DNA of 33,431 bases, taken from assembly GCA_035539475.1 (NCBI GenBank), contig DATLIL010000819.1, positions 1 through 33,431 of the forward strand. Reading direction: 5' to 3'. Position numbers and translations under genes: made by a program. Positions 1 to 9,044 of the stretch are shown one piece after another. Each line of letters begins with the position of its first letter. Positions within the stretch are counted from its first letter, which is position 1. Under the pieces are notes generated by a model. The model searched no databases and had not been told where the DNA came from. It saw only the letters and a list, made by a program, of their open reading frames with translations. Source of the DNA: Polyangiaceae bacterium (GTDB lineage Bacteria > Myxococcota_A > Polyangia > Polyangiales > Polyangiaceae).

Positions 1-300
1 ATTCAGGAGGTTGCGAGGCGTGGCGTCGGGAGCGAGCGCCGTCAACGTCGGCAGCGCGAAGGCATGATGAAGGACGCGCGACGAGATCAACGCGCGCGGA
101 CCCGTGGTCAGACGAGCGAGCAGCCTGCCGGAAAAGAGCTCACGGCGCTGCAGCGCGCCCAGCACCGCGCCTCCACCGGAGACGAGCGACGTCACCAGCA
201 CCGGCTCGCGGTGGCCTTCGGCAGCTCGCAGCGCCGCCGAGGCGAGGCCCAGCGCTTCGCCCAGCGACACCTGCTCGAAAGGCGCTAGGCGCAGGCGCAC
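1..300 (-). CDS. Hypothetical protein, N-terminal part only (runs off the window); weak resemblance to the lipoate/biotin-protein ligase fold
   Basis: Not in the ORF track. GTG at 300 abuts the amrS stop; the frame is open to position 1: VRLRLAPFEQVSLGEALGLASAAL...AVLGALQRR...ARLTTGPRAL...PDATPRNLLN. VLGxxQ and RxTxG segments recall LplA-type ligases (inference). Confidence 0.6.
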   Translation of the reverse strand, partial: MRLRLAPFEQVSLGEALGLASAALRAAEGHREPVLVTSLVSGGGAVLGALQRRELFSGRLLARLTTGPRALISSRVLHHAFALPTLTALAPDATPRNLLN

Positions 301-1389
301 TCATCCTCCGAAGGTGACCCGAAGCCGGCGCCGGCCCCAGCGCCCGGGTTGTTGGTCGAAGTGTCCCGGCAGTGGAGCGCCGCAGCCGGAGCAGGCGCCA
401 CCGCTCACCGCGTACGTACGAAGCTCGTACCAGTCGCGTTCGATCAGGAGCTTGCCGCAGCTCGGGCAGCTCGTGGACTGCTCGGGAGCACCGTGCACGT
501 TACCGGCATAGACGAACTTGAGCCCGTGCGCGAGCGCCTGACGGCGTGCGCGATAACAGGTTTCCGCCGGAGTGTGCGGTACGTCGGTGAGTTTGAAATC
601 GGGATGGAATGCCGTGAGGTGCAGCGGCACATCGGGGCCTAGCTCGCGGACGAACCAGTCACAGAGCATGTCCACCTCCGCTTCCGAGTCGTTCCTGCCC
701 GGGATCAAGAGCGTGGTCACCTCGAACCAGACGTCCGTTTCGCGTCTGAGATAGATCAGCGTCTCCTTCACGGGCTCGAGCGCTGCAAAACAGAGCTTGT
801 GATAGAAATCCTGCGTGAACGCCTTGAGATCGACGTTGGCCGCGTCCATCACCGAAAAGAACTCACGGCGCGCCTCGGGCGCGATGTAGCCGGCCGTGAC
901 GGCCACCGATTTGACGCCGCGTTCGCGGCAGGCTCGTGCCGTATCCATGGCGAACTCGGCGAAGATCACCGGGTCGTTGTAGGTGAACGCCACGCTGCGA
1001 CAGCCGGATTCGTAGGCACGCTGGGCGATCGCAGCGGGCGTGGCCCGCTCGCTCAGCTTCTCGATCTCGCGCGCCTTGGAGATGTCCCAGTTCTGGCAGA
1101 AGCGACAGCCGAGGTTGCAACCCGCGGTGCCGAAGCTGAGCACGCTGCTACCGGGATAAAAGTGGTGCAGCGGCTTCTTTTCGATCGGATCGATGCAGAA
1201 CCCGGTGGCCAGGCCGTAGCTCGTGAGCTCGATCTCGTCGCCGACGCGCTGGCGCACGAAGCAGAAGGCGCGCTGACCCTCGTGCAGCTTGCAGTAGCGC
1301 GGGCAAAGGTCGCACTGGATCCGTCCATCGGGTAGCGCGTGCTGAAAGCGACCCGGCACGGAGAAACGTGCATGATCCGTCGACGCCAC
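301..1389 (-). CDS. amrS: AmmeMemoRadiSam system radical SAM enzyme
   Basis: N-terminal CDLCPRYC..C.VR, IDPIEKKPLHHFYPG, radical SAM motif CNLGCRFC, SVAFTYNDP, NVDLKAF, C-terminal CPSC..CSGC. Confidence 0.93.
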   Translation of the reverse strand: MASTDHARFSVPGRFQHALPDGRIQCDLCPRYCKLHEGQRAFCFVRQRVGDEIELTSYGLATGFCIDPIEKKPLHHFYPGSSVLSFGTAGCNLGCRFCQNWDISKAREIEKLSERATPAAIAQRAYESGCRSVAFTYNDPVIFAEFAMDTARACRERGVKSVAVTAGYIAPEARREFFSVMDAANVDLKAFTQDFYHKLCFAALEPVKETLIYLRRETDVWFEVTTLLIPGRNDSEAEVDMLCDWFVRELGPDVPLHLTAFHPDFKLTDVPHTPAETCYRARRQALAHGLKFVYAGNVHGAPEQSTSCPSCGKLLIERDWYELRTYAVSGGACSGCGAPLPGHFDQQPGRWGRRRLRVTFGG

Positions 1390-1449
1390 GGGCGTTCCCT
1401 CGCCTCCTGGAAACGCCCTAGCTGTAGCACGGCGGCGAGCGCCGGAAAG

Positions 1450-2211
1450 CTACCGCGTCATCAGGCGCGCGAGATCGACGCCGGCGCCTTGCAGCGTGCG
1501 CCGCTGCAGCTCGGCGAGCTCGGCGATGCCCAGCAGAGCCAGGTCGACCATGCGGTCGATCTCGGTGCGCGGCACCGCCTCGCCCTCGGCTGTGCCCTGG
1601 ATTTCCACGATATCGCCGCGCCCCGTGGCGACCACGTTGAGGTCGACCCGGGCCTTGCTGTCCTCGGCGTAGCAGAGGTCGAGCGCCAGCTCGCCGTCGA
1701 CGTGCCCGACACTGACGGCCGCCACCTGATCGCGGATGACCGGGCCTTTCAGCTTGCCGAGGGTGGTCAGCTTGTCGACGGCCAGAGCCAGCGCGACGAA
1801 GCCGCCGCTGACCGAGGCAGTACGCGTTCCACCGTCGGCCTCGAGCACGTCACAGTCGATGGTCACGCTACGTTCGCCGAGGCGCGACAGATCCAGGGCG
1901 GAGCGCAGCGAGCGCCCGATCAAACGCTGAATTTCGCGCGCCCTACCGCTGAGCGGTCGATCCCTCCCGTCACGGTTCTCGCGGCGCTTCGGGTTCGCCC
2001 GGGGGTGCATCTGATAGTCGGCGGTCACCCAACCCTGGCCGCGACCCTGCATGAACTCGGGCACGGTCTCGTCGACCGATGCGGTGACGAGGACCACCGT
2101 TCCACCAGCACGGTAAAGGACCGAGCCCTCCGCAAGCGTGTGAAAACCTGGCGACATCTCCACGGGGCGCAGGGTTTGGAGCGCCCGGCCGGCCCGCCTT
2201 GTGTTCGTCAT
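1450..2211 (-). CDS. rph: Ribonuclease PH
   Basis: GWVTADYQM, GRAREIQRLIGRSLR, IDCDVLEADGGTRTAS, LDLCYAEDSKA.VDLNVV, EIQGTAEG. Start taken at ATG 2211 (MTNTRR). Confidence 0.96.
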   Translation of the reverse strand: MTNTRRAGRALQTLRPVEMSPGFHTLAEGSVLYRAGGTVVLVTASVDETVPEFMQGRGQGWVTADYQMHPRANPKRRENRDGRDRPLSGRAREIQRLIGRSLRSALDLSRLGERSVTIDCDVLEADGGTRTASVSGGFVALALAVDKLTTLGKLKGPVIRDQVAAVSVGHVDGELALDLCYAEDSKARVDLNVVATGRGDIVEIQGTAEGEAVPRTEIDRMVDLALLGIAELAELQRRTLQGAGVDLARLMTR

Positions 2212-2342
2212 TCCCGGCCGTCTAACATGAAATTCCTTCGAAGGTAGGCCCACGAAGATCCTGGAGGCACCCCGAACGTCCGTAGGAGGGGCCCCTCAGC
2301 ACCCCCCGTGCTACCTTCTGCCCTCGTTCGGGGTCTTTTCTC

Positions 2343-3866
2343 ATGCTCAGTACCGGCGACATCATCGACGGCAAGTACCGCATCGTTCGTCTTCTCGGCG
2401 AGGGCGGTATGGGTGCCGTTTACGAAGGCGAGAACACGCGCATCCACCGGCGCGTGGCAATCAAGGTCCTGCACTCGAACGTCGCTGAACAGCAAGAAGC
2501 CGTCCAGCGTTTCGAGCGCGAGGCCCAGGCGGCCGGCCGCATCGGCTCCGACCACATCGTCGAGGTGCTCGACCTGGGCACGCTGGCCAACGGCGATCGC
2601 TACCTGGTCATGGAGTACCTGGACGGCGAGAGCCTGAGCGGCCGGATCAAGGCCAAGGGTCGCATCACGCCTCAGGAGCTGTGCCCGATCGCCTACCAGC
2701 TGCTCGACGGCCTGGCCTCCGCGCACGGCGCTGGGATCATCCATCGCGATCTCAAGCCCGACAACGTCTACCTGCTGCGCAGCAAGTCCGGCCAGGACTT
2801 CATCAAGCTGCTCGACTTCGGCATCTCGAAGTTCAACCAGCTGAGCGGTGACAGCGGCTTCAGCATGACGCGCACGGGCGCGGTCATGGGCACGCCCTAT
2901 TACATGGCGCCCGAGCAGGCCAAGGGCGCCCGCGACATGGACCACCGCGTCGACCTCTATGCCACCGGCGTCATCCTTTACGAGGCGCTCACGGGGCAAG
3001 TGCCGTTCAACGCCGATACGTTCAACGAGCTCCTCTTCAAGATCGTGCTCGAGGAGCCCAAGCCGCTCGAGCAGCTGGTGCCTGAGATCGACGCGGGCTT
3101 CACCGCGATCGTCAACAAGGCCATGGCTCGCGATCCGGCGCACCGCTTCGCCAGCGCAGCGGACTTCCAGCAGGCTCTCTCACAGTGGGCCTCCGGCTAC
3201 GGCCCGCAGCTCGCGGCTTCGCTCGCGTTCAACCGCGGTCCTGCTGGACCCGGCATGCCCGGCGCTGTGCCGCCGGCGGTCGGTAACGCGCCGCCAGGGC
3301 TGGGCACGTTCGGCAACCAGCCGATCGCACCCGGCACGATGGGGACCGGTACGCCGGGAACCTGGAGCCAGTCCGGCAACTACGCTCAGTCCGGCAGCCA
3401 CGACCTGCCCAAGAAGAGCAACGCCGGTCTGTTCGCGGTGCTCGGGGTGGTGGCGTTGATGCTCGTTGGTGGCGGAGCGTTTGCGGTCTCGCGTATGTCC
3501 AAGTCGCAGGCAACCGCGGACGAAGCGCAGCGTGCAGCCGAAACCGCCGAGAAGGAAAAGCAGGAAAAGTCGGCGGCCGCAGCTCGCGCGCAAGAGGAGC
3601 TCGAGAAGGCCAAGGCGGCTCAGGCCGCGGCCGAAGCGCAGACGCAGCAGGCACAGGCCGACAAGGAGCGCCTGACTGCCGAGAAGGACGCTCTGGCCAA
3701 GGCCGCGACGTCGGCCAGCGCCGCAGCGCCCGCTCCACGTGCCGTCGCTGCCGCTCCACGCAAGGCGGCGGCTCCGGCGCCCGCCAAGGAGCCCGCGAAG
3801 GACCCCGCCAAGTCGAGCTCGTCGACGACCACGAGTGGTGGTCGTAAGATCCGCACGAGCCTGTGA
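2343..3866 (+). CDS. Hanks-type Ser/Thr protein kinase with a single TM helix and Ala/Lys/Pro-rich C-terminal tail
   Basis: GEGGMG, VAIK, HRDLKPDN, DFG, GTPYYMAPE; TM segment LFAVLGVVALMLVGGGAFAV followed by a coiled-coil-like region. Confidence 0.96.
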   Translation: MLSTGDIIDGKYRIVRLLGEGGMGAVYEGENTRIHRRVAIKVLHSNVAEQQEAVQRFEREAQAAGRIGSDHIVEVLDLGTLANGDRYLVMEYLDGESLSGRIKAKGRITPQELCPIAYQLLDGLASAHGAGIIHRDLKPDNVYLLRSKSGQDFIKLLDFGISKFNQLSGDSGFSMTRTGAVMGTPYYMAPEQAKGARDMDHRVDLYATGVILYEALTGQVPFNADTFNELLFKIVLEEPKPLEQLVPEIDAGFTAIVNKAMARDPAHRFASAADFQQALSQWASGYGPQLAASLAFNRGPAGPGMPGAVPPAVGNAPPGLGTFGNQPIAPGTMGTGTPGTWSQSGNYAQSGSHDLPKKSNAGLFAVLGVVALMLVGGGAFAVSRMSKSQATADEAQRAAETAEKEKQEKSAAAARAQEELEKAKAAQAAAEAQTQQAQADKERLTAEKDALAKAATSASAAAPAPRAVAAAPRKAAAPAPAKEPAKDPAKSSSSTTTSGGRKIRTSL

Positions 3867-4561
3867 CCAACGGCGCAACGCTAAAAGTCTCCGAGCTGTT
3901 CGACAGCATCCAGGGCGAGGGCGCGAGCGCAGGTGCGGCAGCGACGTTTCTGCGCCTGGCTATGTGCAACCTGCGCTGCGGGTTCTGCGATACCAAGTAC
4001 ACCTGGGACTGGCAGCGTTTCAGCTACGACGACGAGGTGAAGCTCAGCAGCGTCGAGGAGCTCGCGCCCCGCCTGGCCAAGGCGCACGGCAACCGCCTGA
4101 TCATCACCGGCGGCGAGCCCCTGGTGCAGGGAAAAGCCCTGGTTTCGCTGCTCGCTCTGCTGCCGGCGGAGCTCGTCATCGAAGTGGAGACGAACGGGAC
4201 GCTCGTGCCGCCCCCGGCGCTGCTCGAACGGGTGACGCAGTGGAACGTCTCGCCCAAGCTCACGAATTCGGGCGAGCCCGAGAGCGATCGCATCAAGCCC
4301 GACGCCCTCGCCGCGCTGCGCGCAACCGGGCGGGCCTGGCTCAAGCTCGTGGTCGCCAGCACCAAAGACTGCGCCGAGGCGGAGCGGGTGATCGCGGAGA
4401 GCGGATTTCCCCGTGACCGGGTGCTGTTCATGCCGCTGGCGAGCAGCCGAGCCGAGCTCGCCGAGCGCGCGCCGTTGATCGCGTCCGAGGCGCTGGCTCG
4501 CCGGGTAGGCACCTCCCCCCGCTTGCACGTCGAGCTGTGGGAAGGCCGACGAGGCGTGTAA
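3863..4561 (+). CDS. queE: 7-carboxy-7-deazaguanine synthase (radical SAM)
   Basis: ELFDSIQGEG, FLRLAMCNLRCGFCDT, ITGGEP, EVETNGT, VSPK, LHVELW..RRGV; GTGA overlap with the kinase stop. Confidence 0.88.
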   Translation: MTNGATLKVSELFDSIQGEGASAGAAATFLRLAMCNLRCGFCDTKYTWDWQRFSYDDEVKLSSVEELAPRLAKAHGNRLIITGGEPLVQGKALVSLLALLPAELVIEVETNGTLVPPPALLERVTQWNVSPKLTNSGEPESDRIKPDALAALRATGRAWLKLVVASTKDCAEAERVIAESGFPRDRVLFMPLASSRAELAERAPLIASEALARRVGTSPRLHVELWEGRRGV

Positions 4562-4572
4562 GCTCCGGCGGC

Positions 4573-6747
4573 ATGAGGGCACGAAAGGTCTGGCAGAGCG
4601 AGCTTCTGCCGATCTCCCTCGGCCTCGGAGCGCTCGTCGCCGCCCTGCTTTTTTCAGCCAATCCCGCCGAGTCGGCAGTGGCGCGGCTGGCCCCGCGCGA
4701 GACCGGTGAGCGCTTGCGCGTGTTCGGCGCGGCGGGTGATCCCAAGCTCGAAAACGGCGAGGCCACGGCCATCATCCGCTCCGTGGACGGCGCCCTGGTC
4801 GACTTCTTCCGCCGGCGCGCCTTCCTGCCGACCATCGATCAGCTCGACACCGTGGCCGACGTCGACGGCCTCTGGGAGGTCGTGCCGATGATGCACCTGT
4901 TCGGCAGCAGCAACACCGTCGCGGTGCCCGCCAAGCGCGTCGGGCTCGTGGCGGACGGCGTCGAAGCAGTGGGCGAGATCACGCTCGGCGGCGCTCGCAT
5001 CGAGGCGCAGACCACGTACCGCATCGACGCGACGCGGCCGCTCCTGCGCATCGTCACGACGTTCCGGCTGCTGTCCGGTTACTGGCCGAAAGACCTCGGT
5101 TACGGGCACACCGTGCGCTGGGGCAACGTGAGTTACTTCGTGGAGGGGGCCGGCGAGAAGACGCACTACGCCGGGCACGCGCGCTGGGTGGGCCGGCGCG
5201 GCGCGGGCGGCGATCTGGTGCTCAAAAATCGCTCCGACATGTGGGTCCAGTTCGCGCAGCGCATCCCCGGTTTTCACGGCGCGCTGATCACCGTGGATCG
5301 ACCGGGAAACGTGGGTAGCTCGTACACGGTGGAGCGCGAGCTCAGCTACGAAGACCTGCCTCAGCCGGCGCAGACGACGCCGGCGCAGAAGCCAGGGCAC
5401 TTGATCGTGCGCTTGCGCGACGAGCTCGGTCATCCGTTGCCGGCCAAGCTGCGTATTCGTCGTGACGGCAGGGCCGAGCCGTTGTTCTCGGATCAGGGTG
5501 GGCTCGATGGAGTGAACAACTTCATCTGGACGGGCAACGGCACGATCGACCGCGAGCTGCCTCCGGGCAAATACAGGGCTCTGGCGACGAGCGGCATCGA
5601 GCGTAGCGCCGCGTCCTTCCGCTTCGAGCTGACCTCGGGCTCAACGCGCGTGCTGCAAGGCGAGCTCAAGCGCGTGGTGCCGACACCGGGGTTCATTTCG
5701 GCCGACCTGCACTTGCACCAGGTGCCTAGCGTCGACGCGGATATCTCGCTGGAAAATCGCGTTGTCAGCGTGGCCGCCGAGGGTGTCGAGCTCGCCGTCG
5801 CGACCGACCACTACACCGTCACCGATCTCGCGCCGGTGGTCTCGTTCCTGCGCGAGCGCGGCATCCTGAGCGCTCCGCTCGCCACCATCGCCGGCTCCGA
5901 GGTGAGCACGCTGGGCACCCCTCGCTTCGGCCACTTCAACGTCTTTCCGCTCGACCAGGGTGAGATCGTCCGTTACCGCGACGTCACGCCGAGCGAGCTC
6001 TTCGCCGACGCCAGGCAGAAGAGCCCGAACGGCGTGATTCAGGTCAATCATCCGCGCTGGGACGCCAAGCTCGGCTACTTCACCCACTACGGCCTGACGC
6101 TGGACACGGCCGAGCCGAAGCAGCCGGGCTACGACCCCAATTTCGACACCCTCGAGGTTTATAACGGCGACGACGCCCGCGACATCAATCTGGTGCTGCC
6201 GCCGCTGATGGACTGGATCCACCTGCTCGGCCGCGGCTACCGCTACACGGCCACGGGCAGCAGCGATTCGCACAATCTTGCGTTCCTCGATCCGGGCCTA
6301 CCCCGCACGTACATCAGGCACGGTGTCGGTAGTGACGACGCCAGCGACGTACAGGCCCCCGCCGACGCCGTGATCAAGGCGCTCAAGGCGGGCCATGTCA
6401 TCGTCAGCAGCGGCCCCTTCATCGAAGCCAGCGTGCAGGGCAAGGGCCCGGGTGAGACCGCGCGTGGCATCGGGCAGTACGCCGAGCTCAAAATTCGCGT
6501 ACGCGCTGCACCCTGGGTCAGCGTTTCCAAGCTCGAGGTGTATCATGGAGGCAGCGCCAAGCTCGTGCACAGCAGCCAAATCTGGCCGAGCCAGAAGCCG
6601 GTGCGCTACGACGCGATCCACTCGATTCCGATCGAGAAGCCCACCTTTTTCGTCGTGGTGGTGCGCGGCGACGTCCCGCTCCCGAACGTGGCGCGGGACA
6701 CGACGTTGCCCTTCGCCTTCACCAATCCGATCTGGGTCGAGCCCTAG
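4573..6747 (+). CDS. CehA/McbA-family PHP-domain metallohydrolase with N-terminal signal/anchor
   Basis: PHP motifs ADLHLH, ATDH, GSEVS, GHFN, NHP, EVYNG, SSDSH; C-terminal AFTNPIWVE; hydrophobic N-terminus. Start taken at ATG 4573. Confidence 0.85.
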   Translation: MRARKVWQSELLPISLGLGALVAALLFSANPAESAVARLAPRETGERLRVFGAAGDPKLENGEATAIIRSVDGALVDFFRRRAFLPTIDQLDTVADVDGLWEVVPMMHLFGSSNTVAVPAKRVGLVADGVEAVGEITLGGARIEAQTTYRIDATRPLLRIVTTFRLLSGYWPKDLGYGHTVRWGNVSYFVEGAGEKTHYAGHARWVGRRGAGGDLVLKNRSDMWVQFAQRIPGFHGALITVDRPGNVGSSYTVERELSYEDLPQPAQTTPAQKPGHLIVRLRDELGHPLPAKLRIRRDGRAEPLFSDQGGLDGVNNFIWTGNGTIDRELPPGKYRALATSGIERSAASFRFELTSGSTRVLQGELKRVVPTPGFISADLHLHQVPSVDADISLENRVVSVAAEGVELAVATDHYTVTDLAPVVSFLRERGILSAPLATIAGSEVSTLGTPRFGHFNVFPLDQGEIVRYRDVTPSELFADARQKSPNGVIQVNHPRWDAKLGYFTHYGLTLDTAEPKQPGYDPNFDTLEVYNGDDARDINLVLPPLMDWIHLLGRGYRYTATGSSDSHNLAFLDPGLPRTYIRHGVGSDDASDVQAPADAVIKALKAGHVIVSSGPFIEASVQGKGPGETARGIGQYAELKIRVRAAPWVSVSKLEVYHGGSAKLVHSSQIWPSQKPVRYDAIHSIPIEKPTFFVVVVRGDVPLPNVARDTTLPFAFTNPIWVEP

Positions 6748-9044
6748 GGCGGGATGTCGCCCCAGACCGCGAGCGCGGCGCTCGTCTCCTTGTCGAGCGT
6801 GGCGGGCGTCTGCTGCAAGCGCGAGTCCTGAACCGCGGCGCGCTCCGCCGAGTACGTGGCAAGCCAGGTCGCGCGCGCGGCGATCGAGTGGTCCACGAAC
6901 ACGTCACGCGAGCAGGCCGGGTCCACGTCGAGCGCGCACAGCGTAGGCAGCTGACCGAGCTCGCCGCGCAGGAGCCAGGGTCCCAGGCGCGTCGCGTAGC
7001 GACCCGGCAAGGTGGCGACCTGAGCCGTACCGGTGAGCTCGGCCTTGCCGCTCGCACGCTCGAACAGGTTCATGCCGCTCATGCCCTCCCCGCGCAGCCC
7101 GAGGGCAGAGAGCACCGTCACGGGAAGATCGGCGGCGTTGGCCGGCGCGTTGATCTCCTTGCCTGCCAGCAGCTGCCCGGGAAAGCGCGCCAGGAGCGGC
7201 ACCGCCAGGCGGTCCTCCCCGAGTGAGCCCTGAGGGTCGTAGGGCAGTTCCGGCGCGGCCACCGGCGCGACGTCGCCGACGACGAGCACCAGCGTCGAAT
7301 CCAGGGCGTTTTTGGCCTTCAGCACCGAGAGCAGCTTGCGCAGCCCGATGTCCTGCTCGACCAGGGATGCCTCGACCAGCGCGCGCATTCTGATCCAATC
7401 GTCGTCGGTCAACCGGCGTACGTTGCGGCGCGTGCGGGCGCGCAGAGCTCCGATCACGATCGCTCCGCGCCGTGGATCGAGTGCGCCGGAGTACTCTGGC
7501 GGCTTGAGCTGCTGCGCCTTCTCGCGCGAGACGTCCCAGGGAGGGTGCCCGCCGCGCGCGTGGATCATCACGAAACGCGGGCCCTGCGCGTTGCCCTCGA
7601 GCTCGTTCTCGAGCCAGCGCGCGGCCCTGAGAAAGGGCTCGGCCGCGCCGACATCGTTCACCGGCGAGAAAGTCTCGTATACCTCCCACGAGCCGTCGAA
7701 GCCGAAAGGCGCGAAGCTAGTCGGCACCGAGGTGAACATGGCGGCGCGTCCGCTGGCTTCCTTCACGATGCGCGCGAGCGTGGCGACTCCGGCCGGCAGC
7801 CGATCAGTCGGCGCCTCCAGCCGATGTGCGCGGGGCGGCAGCCCGGTCAGCATCGTTGCGACCACGCCGGAGGCCACCACCGTCGGCGCGCGGTACTGAG
7901 AGAAGGCGACGCTGCTGCGCGCAATCTCGCCCAGACCCGTGAGCTCGCCCGTCGCCGCCCAGGGTGGAAGCAGCGAGCGATCGACCGACGAGAGCACGAC
8001 CATGACGACCGTGCGCGCCACGGGCGGCGGCGGCAGCGGCTTCTGTTTGCGCACGATCTGCGGATCGCCGAAAGCGATGCGTCCCCCGCGCGTGGCGTCG
8101 AGCGCGGTGAGCTCGAGGCCGACGACGTCCGAGTGGTACTCACCGAGATCGAGCTCGAGCGGCGTCCAGACGGCAGCATCGCCCCCGTCGACGCGTCTCG
8201 TCTGCAGTGTGACGGGCGGGCCCGAGTCACGCACCAGTCGCACGGCCGCCACACCGCTGCCGGCACCCCAGAAACCGAGGGCGAGCTTGAGCACCGCGTC
8301 GCTCGAGGGCTTGATGAAGCAGCGCAGCGTGCTGCCTCCGCGCAGTACGAACGAGCGGCGTGGTGTGGCCTTCAGGGCCACGTCGCTGACCACGTCGGTC
8401 AGCGTCGGAGCGGCGTAGCGCGACGGCGGATCGTCCTTGCCTCCGATGCGGATCCAGTCGAGCTCCGCCAGCGGTTTCTGGCTGCCCTTGGGCGCTCGCG
8501 GAAAGCGCAGACGCAGCCGGTGCCGACCGGGCTCGAGCGGCTGCCTGAAGGTCGGCAGCGCGATCACACGTGTTTCCTGGTCGTTCAGCCGTAGCGATGC
8601 GGCGCGGCGGTCATCGATGTCGACGAACAACGACTTGGCCTGAACCCCGCGCACGCGGACGCTGATGTCGAGCGCGTCGCTGTGCTCGTCGAGCCAGAAG
8701 TCGTAGAGCAGCTCGCGGCTGGTCGTGCGCAGCAGCGTCGCGCCGTCGCGAGTGACGTATTCGTCGCCGGCTGGCCGCTTCGGTTGAAAGGCACCCCACG
8801 ACGACGCCGCGTCGGTGCCGAGATCGATCAAGCGCCCGCGATGCTCGACCTCACACTGCTCCGCGCTGTTCACCAGGTCGAACTGGTCGCCACGGCCGGG
8901 CGTGGCCACGGAGTCGGATTCCGGGGCGCTCGCGACCGCCGGTGGTGACGGCGTGCGCTGCGCGTCCGGCGCTGGTGGCTTCTCTCGGCCGCAGGCGAGC
9001 AGGCCGCAGCAAAGCCCCAGAAAGGCCAGTCGCAGCGGCCTCAT
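6744..9044 (-). CDS. Sulfatase-like (alkaline phosphatase superfamily) lipoprotein with apparently degenerate active site
   Basis: Lipobox LLAC (Cys18); beta-rich N-terminal domains; C-terminal sulfatase-fold signatures ATMLTGLPPRAH, FVMIHARGGHPPW, DIGLRKLL..LK...LDSTLVLVVGD, VPLLARFPG, DLPVTVL. Confidence 0.75.
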   Translation of the reverse strand: MRPLRLAFLGLCCGLLACGREKPPAPDAQRTPSPPAVASAPESDSVATPGRGDQFDLVNSAEQCEVEHRGRLIDLGTDAASSWGAFQPKRPAGDEYVTRDGATLLRTTSRELLYDFWLDEHSDALDISVRVRGVQAKSLFVDIDDRRAASLRLNDQETRVIALPTFRQPLEPGRHRLRLRFPRAPKGSQKPLAELDWIRIGGKDDPPSRYAAPTLTDVVSDVALKATPRRSFVLRGGSTLRCFIKPSSDAVLKLALGFWGAGSGVAAVRLVRDSGPPVTLQTRRVDGGDAAVWTPLELDLGEYHSDVVGLELTALDATRGGRIAFGDPQIVRKQKPLPPPPVARTVVMVVLSSVDRSLLPPWAATGELTGLGEIARSSVAFSQYRAPTVVASGVVATMLTGLPPRAHRLEAPTDRLPAGVATLARIVKEASGRAAMFTSVPTSFAPFGFDGSWEVYETFSPVNDVGAAEPFLRAARWLENELEGNAQGPRFVMIHARGGHPPWDVSREKAQQLKPPEYSGALDPRRGAIVIGALRARTRRNVRRLTDDDWIRMRALVEASLVEQDIGLRKLLSVLKAKNALDSTLVLVVGDVAPVAAPELPYDPQGSLGEDRLAVPLLARFPGQLLAGKEINAPANAADLPVTVLSALGLRGEGMSGMNLFERASGKAELTGTAQVATLPGRYATRLGPWLLRGELGQLPTLCALDVDPACSRDVFVDHSIAARATWLATYSAERAAVQDSRLQQTPATLDKETSAALAVWGDIPP

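Noticed and set aside
3863-4561. queE as part of a dpd or Qat-type defence island
   Set aside because: No dpdA/tgt, queC-like, nuclease, helicase or mobile genes nearby; the context is housekeeping.
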